A DNA stretch of 64,000 bases from positions 31,111 to 95,110 of the forward strand of contig JAAPAO010000067.1 of assembly GCA_013115145.1 (NCBI GenBank), written 5' to 3'. The position numbers were made by a program, and so were the translations under genes. Shown piece by piece: positions 60,601 through 64,000 of the stretch (within the stretch, counting starts at the first letter, position 1; each line of letters begins with the position of its first letter). Below the pieces are notes generated by a model. That model ran no database searches, was not told where the DNA came from, and worked only from the letters and a program-made list of their open reading frames with translations. The DNA is from Perkinsus chesapeaki ATCC PRA-425. Its lineage: Eukaryota > Protista > Perkinsozoa.

Positions 60601-63600
60601 CATCCGAGCCTGCAGCCCATAAGCATTTATCATAGCTTAATTCAGCTGGATGACTGCAAAGATACGCGTATCTTTACGCACCCGGAAGATTTTTACCTTA
60701 CCTATGAGATTCAGATGGTTGTATCTCCACAATACGGTGTTCTGCATCCACTTTTGTGACAGTTGTCTCCGTCCACACCTCAATACCATACCTACCAGCT
60801 ACAAAAGTGGCCATCACGATACAACGTAGATATCAAGAATACCCTACGTCTTGAACATCATTCCCTGCAGCAAGCAAGCAAACGGCTGCCAGCATGCCTG
60901 CTGGTACCTCAGCAGTTCAAATTCAAATAAGTGTATAAAAACAGGCACTACTAAAGTGCACCATAACAATACTAATAAAGATATATTTGCACATCAATCC
61001 AGAAAGGATTCTATTCCAGAAATGTACTGTATTTCACTGGCATTCAAGTGACCTTAACAAGAGTTACATTACCAGTAGCGTAGAGTACCGTATTACGACA
61101 TCTCACACTGTACATAAGCCATGATTTCGAGCAACATAGGGCCTACCCCTCGAAGGTAGTTCCACAAGAAGAAGTGTATTAACCGTCACCAGTCCTACTA
61201 CTTATCATAAAAGTCCTTATCTCGGAGATAGAGCTTGGATATGTCATCAGCTGCATCCAGCTTCTTAGACAACACTGGTCTATCGTAAGGCAGATGCTTC
61301 TCCCTCGTTATCTGAACAACCTCTCTATACGTCCAAGATGACAAGTGCGGCATAATAATAACAAGTGCGGCATAATAATAACAAGTGCGGCATAATAATA
61401 ACAAGTGCGGCATAATAATAACAAGTGCGGCATAATAATAACAAGTGCGGCATAATAATAACGAGTGCGGCATATATAGCNNNNNNNNNNNNNNNNNNNN
61501 NNNNNNNNNNNNNNNNNNNNNNNNNNNNNNNNNNNNNNNNNNNNNNNNNNNNNNNNNNNNNNNNNNNNNGCATAATAATAACGAGTGCGGCATATATAGC
61601 ACTCCTCTCCAGTACCATGCAATGCTAAGACTTTTTAATTCCTCCACATGTAGCCAAATCCTGTCCGGCCCTTACCATTATGATCCTTCCTGTATATCCA
61701 TTTTGCCTAAGGCTCTCCACCGCTGTAGCAGCCGCAGCTCCCCCTCCTACTACTACATAAACTAAGACGAATGATGCGTCATACCGTACCCTCCTCAACT
61801 TTACCAACCCAGGTACCTCTCTTGTCTTCAGGATCTCTCAACACCATTCCTTGAAGGTTCTCCTTGGCTGTCCAGACGTCCGATTTCTTGGGCAAATCGG
61901 CATACACGCCATCATCACGAATTTCAACTGAAAGGAGTCTCTTACGACCACAGCCTGTAGCGGAGCGATACATGATATAGTACAACATAGATAAAGTGCT
62001 ACTGTATAAACATATACTGCATATTCATAAAGTATACAAGAAGTTTTACTCCTACTACACATACTGTAAAACATTTTCCCCCGTTGCGTGGTTGATTTCC
62101 TCAATGTGAGGAAGGGTAACAGTACACTCTTTCAAACGTGAAGAAGTTATTTACATTAGTTATTAGTTCGGCATACGTTATTTTAAATAATGCATTCCGG
62201 AAATATTAATACGATATTACGATTTATATTAATACGATATTACGATTTATATTAGTACGATATTACGATTTATATTGATACGATATTACGATTTATATTA
62301 ATACGATATTACGACTTATATTAATACGATATTACGATTATATTAATACGATATTACGATTTATATTAATACGATATTACGATTTATATTAGTACGATAT
62401 TACGATTTATATTAANNNNNNNNNNNNNNNNNNNNNNNNNNNNNNNNNNNNNNNNNNNNNNNNNNNNNNNNNNNNNNNNNNNNNNNNNNNNNNNNNNNNN
62501 NNNNNNNNNTATTAATACGATATTACGATTTATATTAGTACGATATTACGATTTATATTAATACAATATTACGACTTATATTAATACAATATTACGACTT
62601 ATATTAATACGATATTACGATTATATTAATACGATATTAAGATTTATATTAATACGATATTTCGCCTACTATTGTAACATTTTGCATGAAACAAAAAAGA
62701 CGACATGAAGTAGAAGGAACTTACCGTGTAAACTGTTTACGAAGAGACCTGCAAGCGTGGTCCAAAAATTTTCAATGTATCATTCCGTACTTTACATAAG
62801 ACGAGTCCCATTAAAGCCCCTTATTACTCTTATACGTCGGTATGGCATCCAAACCCGGACCACGTAGAGGCTGCCCTGTTCTGATATCAAATGTGGCATC
62901 ATGCTGTATAGCAAACAATAAGGACCAATTGAGCGGTGGCGGTGGGGCTTACCAATGGACAAACAACTGTGTTATTGAGAAATATACCCTTCTTTAAAGG
63001 GAAACCATAATGACTGCAGAGAGCTCCTGTGCAGTACAGTCTGCCGTCTTTGGTCCTCGTTATTAATATCTATGCCGGCCGCATAGGTTCAATCCCGGCA
63101 TCCGTCATTCTTCTATTACCTTGCGGTTCTCACCCACTTGCATCTCGTACATTTCGCCGTTCTCAAACTCCTTGTCATCGCCCAACCTAACCCATTCCCC
63201 GCCTTTAGAGAACTCATCTGAAAAATGTACAAAATTATAAGTTGAAAATAGGGAAATTATTCGAGACTTGTATTATTATACTACCTATTATTAAAGCCAC
63301 TTATTATTAATACTGTTATATGTTTAGAAGTAGTATATTTATATACTGCACTACAGTTTAGCATACTTATGCTTCAAGAAAGAAGGTATATTATATAACA
63401 GTAAGGTATTGTAACATTCAAAAAGGTATATTCAGTAATTAAGGGCAAATTAAATCATACCACTCTTCCCACAAATCTTACGTTCAACCTCCTTGCAATA
63501 AACCTGGTCGTTCTTCATCAACACTAATCCAGCTACAGTAAGACTGCCCAATGCTAATGCCAAACTGGAGCCGGCTGCTGCTGCTGAGCCTGGCGTCTTC

Positions 63601-63695
63601 TTGAATGATATTCGATGCCCACGTGTTGCTGAAGGCCTCAATGGGAGAGTTGCAAGCAGCCGAGAACAAGGGAGAATGAACCGATGACTTAGCAT
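57614..63695 (-). CDS. Rieske + FAD/NAD(P)H oxidoreductase (AIFM3-like flavoprotein), multi-exon
   Basis: Presequence-like MLSHRFILPCSRLL... followed by a hydrophobic segment. Rieske ligands CSH and CPL|HDATFDIRTG. VVVGGGAAA; PYDRPVLSK; LVGSGFIGMEMA; ADAVIMGTG; VPYFWTMIFGKSLRYVG. Confidence 0.88.
61341..61595. repeat. 20-nt minisatellite (ACAAGTGCGGCATAATAATA)n spanning assembly gap 61481-61568
   Basis: At least 6 copies before the gap and remnants after it. Lies in an intron of the flavoprotein gene. Confidence 0.95.
62204..62662. repeat. ~23-nt AT-rich minisatellite (ATTAATACGATATTACGATTTAT)n spanning assembly gap 62416-62509
   Basis: Many near-identical copies on both sides of the N run. 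Intronic. Confidence 0.95.
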
Positions 63696-64000
63696 ATTAA
63701 TAATAATAACTATAACCGTTATAATATAGTCAATCTTAAATAATAATACCATCAGTCCCACACGCCCCTCATAGATGGGGCAACTCGGACACGAGAGTTC
63801 ACTCCGACTCAGAGAAAGATCCACCCTGTTATATGATTGTATAGGCATTTTATATTAGTCTGAAAGCCAAGTATCCTGCTTCATTTAATCCACAACAGCC
63901 CCCGGAACTGCTTGAACTCAGGACGCGGGCCGGTGGTCCCAACGTATGTACTTTTCGGTCCCAACGTATGTGCGCCGGAGTGGTGCTTCTGCCTAAGCCT

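Noticed and set aside
36008-63695. QSOX and the AIF-like reductase as a vitamin-K redox cluster with the men gene
   Set aside because: Co-location in a gene-dense eukaryotic contig is not evidence. QSOX is FAD/O2-dependent, and nothing in the sequence links these genes.
1-64000. Spliced-leader RNA gene, rRNA or intact tRNA genes
   Set aside because: No SL 22-mer, rRNA-like block or fully pairing cloverleaf was spotted by eye. A covariance-model scan would be needed to exclude them.

Overview
Intron-dense eukaryotic genomic window, about 45-50% GC, with many ~40-55 nt GT-AG introns. By gene content and style it is most consistent with a Perkinsus-like (perkinsozoan alveolate) parasite; this is an inference, no search was run. 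The ORF track mostly shows exon fragments, so gene models were stitched by hand and their outer boundaries are approximate. Genes, left to right: a coiled-coil hypothetical (-), a long-chain acyl-CoA synthetase (-), an intronless secreted double-pepsin-fold protein lacking catalytic Asp residues (-), a large naphthoquinone-pathway gene in which a full isochorismate synthase (MenF) splices in frame into MenD and probably on into MenH, with no MenC (+), three intronless secreted orphans, EXO1 (-), QSOX (-), a tandem triplet of an unknown intron-rich family (-), a cationic amino-acid transporter (-), a SART3-like HAT-repeat protein (-), an RRM-like protein (-) and a Rieske/AIFM3-like flavoprotein (-). 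Degenerate LTR-retroelement debris, minisatellites and two N gaps are also present. Most notable: (1) the MenF-MenD(-MenH) fusion, a PHYLLO-like architecture in an apparently non-photosynthetic lineage; (2) two orientation-independent sequence motifs (AATTTYSTGGCGCAGTGAC and GCGGAGCGAAGC) that recur inside short introns of unrelated genes.
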